From the NCBI GenBank assembly GCA_951406725.2, contig OX597830.1, positions 54,684,001-54,748,000 of the forward strand: DNA of 64,000 bases, read 5' to 3'. The stretch comes from Octopus vulgaris. Lineage: Eukaryota. Position numbers and translations under genes: made by a program. Position 1 is the stretch's first letter. Every line of letters starts with the position of its first letter. A model generated the notes under the pieces. It saw only the letters and a program-made list of their open reading frames with translations, ran no database searches and was not told the origin of the DNA. Shown here in pieces: positions 60,213 through 64,000 of this stretch.

Positions 60213-61458
60213 ACCAAAAGAAAGGCGAAGTAATACAAGAGCAGAATAAATAAAACAAAAGAAGAGAAAGCGAGAACAGCTGCTGCACACACAATATTTA
60301 AAATCATTTTATTCAAAGTAATTTATAGTTTTCAATAGAATGAAAGAGAGTAGCAAGGTAGATAGCTAGCTAGCTCGGGCGTGAGGGTTAGTGGGACGTA
60401 AGAGATAAAGAGAGGGAGAGATAATCGTTGTTGTGTAGATGATTTGATAGTTTAAACGAATGAATGGAGTATTGATGTGTATATGTACACACACACACTC
60501 ACACGCATATATAAGTATCTGTCAGTTCGAAGTGTGTATGTTTATATCCATATCTATCTCTCTATCTATATCAACTTGTTGGAAGAAGCTTGCTTCGTTA
60601 GCGGATTTCTAATAATCGGTAGGCTTCAGTGAAAACTCACATCTGTTGGAGTAACTCATAAACAGCACTTTCCCTGTGAACTTCTTGCTATCAGCTGTAC
60701 CCGTTAAAGGTACAACTGGAGTTTTAAGCCCCACCACAATACAATGCAACCTGCCTTACACTTTTATTTGTGAAGTTACACACGGAGAATACTCGCCAAT
60801 TGTTACTTATTTCTGAAGAGGGACGAGGGAGAAATTCCGAGTTTATATTATCTTGTACAGAAAGAAGTCGGATTAAGTTAATTGCATCTATACTGTTATA
60901 TATTTATATATTCTATACATTTCTAAACAATAATATACATATTCACTCATGTACACTTGTATATAGAATTATATAAGCAATGTAGCCAATGTGTATAAGC
61001 GGAGAGAAAATAATTTTTGGCTTTCTGTCAGTGTATATATACACACTTATTAATAAATACATCAGTTTAAAAATAACTAATCTTGCACACCGAGGCTTAA
61101 TTAGTTGGAAAATAACTTATTAAAACGTGGTTTGTAAGCCACTATTAATCACAGAGAACACGCACACTACACACACAATACACACACATACACACACAAT
61201 ACACACACACATACACACACACACACACGCGCACACAGATAATTGAAGTTACATAGAAAAATAAAGATAAGCCTATTTATTACACGTAACGTAACTTTAA
61301 AACATCAAAAAATTTACAAAAACTAATTAACACACACAATATTTATATATTTTGGAAGCAAATATTTGTCCTAATTACGCTCATTACCCAGTGTTTGTTA
61401 TTCTTAATTATCGGCCGAAATTTAACTACTTCTTTGCACAAGTCTGTGTTGGGTGAAA

Positions 61459-61603
61459 ATGATGTTTACCAGAATTCAGTGCCTTGGAGGCTTTAGGATC
61501 CAAATGTTTCTACAAACCCTGGCTTTACTATGTCTATTCACCACTCTTACCTCTGTGATGTCTGTAACATCCATTAATGAACCTTCTTACTACACATTAA
61601 GAG
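61459..61603 (+). CDS. Probable first coding exon of an unidentified secreted or membrane protein (signal peptide)
   Basis: AAA-ATG start; 48 open codons MMFTRIQCLGGFRIQMFLQTLALLCLFTTLTSVMSVTSINEPSYYTLR; consensus phase-1 donor AG|GTAAGT; no transposon recognised nearby; too short for the ORF track. Confidence 0.6.
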
Positions 61604-62669
61604 GTAAGTTCTTGAAAATTTTCTAGTTTCTCCGGAGGAGTTTCAATTTCGAAGCGTTTCTATACAATAGCGTCGGAAATTATGTAGAGTACCTGAAACT
61701 ATATTTTCTTTGGAGGTGTATGTTTCAAGCATTGTCCACTACGATTTTGCACTTTGGAGCGACAGGTTAGGCTGCTTTTCAGTTCTTTTTTCAGTTACAG
61801 GGTTTTCTTGAAAATTAAAAAAAAAATAAAATTATGTATATTTTCGAAGAATCATAATTTCAGATACTGAAACCATTGAAAAGCATTTTCAAAAGAAGCT
61901 CAAAACTAAAAAAGAAAAAAAAAATACGGGGAAAAAAATGTGGGGCAATCCCTAGCCCCACCTTTTCTGAGTTTTAGAATAACAATCAACGATATTGAAG
62001 GTTTACACATTCGGTGAATTACAGTTTGGGGTTCATTATATAATTTCCGACTCTTTTCTATCGGATCACACAAAATAGATTGGATGTGTAGCGGGTATGT
62101 GGGGAAGGAAAAGGTTAAAGAAGGGAGAGGAGGCGAACAAAAGTTAAGAAAAATTTATTTTTGGAAAAAAAAATTCTTCAGATGGTGGTACATGAAGAGA
62201 ACTAGCCCCTTTCTTTTCCAATGATGTGCGGGGCATCTGTTCCAAAACTCAACCGATTTTCCTTTTTTAATATTTTGGTAAAATTCGTTACAATATCTAA
62301 TTTGCTTCCATCTATTTAACATTATGAGTTCAAATTCTGGTGTGGCGTCGATAATTCACCCCCTTCGGCCACCCAGCTCTTTCGAAACAAATCTTCGAGG
62401 AAAAAGAGTGTCGGTGTTAAACCTGGGGGCAACAGAATGGTCTATACTAAAGCTACCCAAGAACGGTCCTTGAAGGGCCAGGCGATGGTGTTAACTGACT
62501 GTCTGATATTCTACAGAAATGCTATACTCTTTTTAACTTAATTATTCACCGTAAACTCCGTCAGTAACTCGTAAACCTGGCCATGACGATCCTTCCAAAA
62601 GATACACTTAACCCCAGTGTATAGTATCTTAATGAAAATATATTTTGCTTTTAGAAAATTCAACATTAT

Positions 62670-63022
62670 GGTTCAGAAGCTCACTTAACGACCGCATGGT
62701 TTCGGGTTCAGTCCCACTGTATGGCATGTTGATCAAATGTCTTCAACAGCTCTAACTCCAGGCTGACCGATGCCTTGTGAGTGAATCTGGGTGGAAGCTA
62801 TCGTGTGTGTATGTAGGAAGTGTGTGTTTGTGCTTGTTACCACTTGAGAGCAGGTGTTGGTTTGTTTATGTCCTCTTGGCTGTTCAGCATAAAGAGACAT
62901 CGACAGAATAAATGTGAAGCTTTTAAAAAAATAAGTTGTAGTTTGTGTGATTCATTCAACGAAAACTCTTCAATGTGGTGCACCAGCATGGCCGCAGTCT
63001 AATGACTGAAACAAGTAAAAGA
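62670..63022 (+). mobile_element. SINE family A, diverged
   Basis: GGGTTCAGTCCCACTG...CAGCATGGCCGCAGTCTAATGACTGAAACAAGTAAAAGA. Confidence 0.75.
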
Positions 63023-63354
63023 TTTTCGATAACATACGTAGCCATAAACTTCCTTATCCTATTTATTTCTCATTTAAAATATTTTTCAAAAATGAAATTA
63101 AAGCAATTTTTAGGAAATATTTTTTTTTATAAATTCTAAATTTCTGAAGTTTAAAAAAAAAAAAGAAGAAAACTGTCGACTCCCTACCATCTTAGGATTT
63201 TATGCAAATAAGTACCCAAAACAATATTCTTTTACCAGTTTTACTCACTGAGTTCTGGTCATGCTGGAGTATATCTTTCAAAGCTATTTTATTCTATTTA
63301 TGTATTTAGCCTATCATATATTGATGCCCAGAACTTCGGTCAGTCTGGTACTTA

Positions 63355-63560
63355 ATCGGCTTCAAATTTTGGTACAAGGTCAGCAATATATGGGGACGGG
63401 ACAAGTTGATTACATCGACCCCAGTGCTGAACTTGTACTTATTTTATCGACCCCGAAAGGATAAAAGGCAAATCGACCTTGGCGGAATTTGAACTGAATA
63501 CACTAAGACAGACGAAGCATTTTCTCCTGTATGCTTAAATTCTGCCAGCTCGCTGCCTTA
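63355..63560 (-). mobile_element. SINE family B (tail B2), diverged
   Basis: ATCGACCCCGAAAGGATAAAAGGCAAA...GGCGGAATTTGAACT...TCTGCCAGCTCGCTGCC. Confidence 0.8.
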
Positions 63561-64000
63561 ATAGGGGATCATATATTGATGCCCCAAACCTGTCTGTCTT
63601 GTACTGTTGAACTGCTAAGTCACAAGGCATAAACAAATAAAAAAAAACCTAGTTTATCTTATTGGTTCTTTTTCATCAGTGTAAATATAAACGTACATGA
63701 ACACGTAAACAATAGCTCAGCTGATAAGGAAATGTCTGTCTGTTTAGATTAGAACTGTTATTGTGTTGTTTATTTTCCAACTCTTTTGGGGTTTAGTCTG
63801 TTCTTCAGCACACGTGGACACAATGTCACACACACACACACACACACACACACAGCAAAGCAAATAAATTAGCCTTTACGTGATTGTTGAAGAGAGTCTG
63901 TTAGAAATAGCAGCTGAATCTCCCCTCAAATCCCACTCTACCATCTTAAATAAGGAAGGCAAGTCTGGATAATATAGTCATACAGGACTTTAAAAAAGAC

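Noticed and set aside
59903-60316. Minus-strand hydrophobic ORF resembling a signal peptide
   Set aside because: T-rich low-complexity sequence running into (CA)n with no splice donor
60813-60835. CTGAAGA...GAAA hammerhead-like core
   Set aside because: No stem II or stem I complementarity

Overview
Repeat-saturated eukaryotic DNA, most consistent with an octopus (coleoid cephalopod) genome; this is inferred from the tRNA-derived SINE families and the very high microsatellite density. Nearly all ORF-track entries are microsatellite artefacts. Recognisable content: about 35 SINE copies of four types; decayed LINEs (CR1-group, R4/Dong-like, RTE-like); two Penelope-like element (PLE) GIY-YIG fragments; a Mag-like Gypsy fragment; several mariner and maT remnants, one very close to human Hsmar1; Helitron pieces; MITEs. 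One probable host coding exon (signal peptide, 61459-61603, +) lies near the right end, and a few weak minus-strand exon candidates are present. The most notable signals are six hammerhead-ribozyme-like motifs tied to PLE termini and (TA)n tracts (one looks structurally complete, two form a head-to-head fold-back element), a 414-bp spacerless palindrome, and SINEs showing all four combinations of two heads and two tails. Coordinates were read by eye, and ends of decayed elements are approximate.
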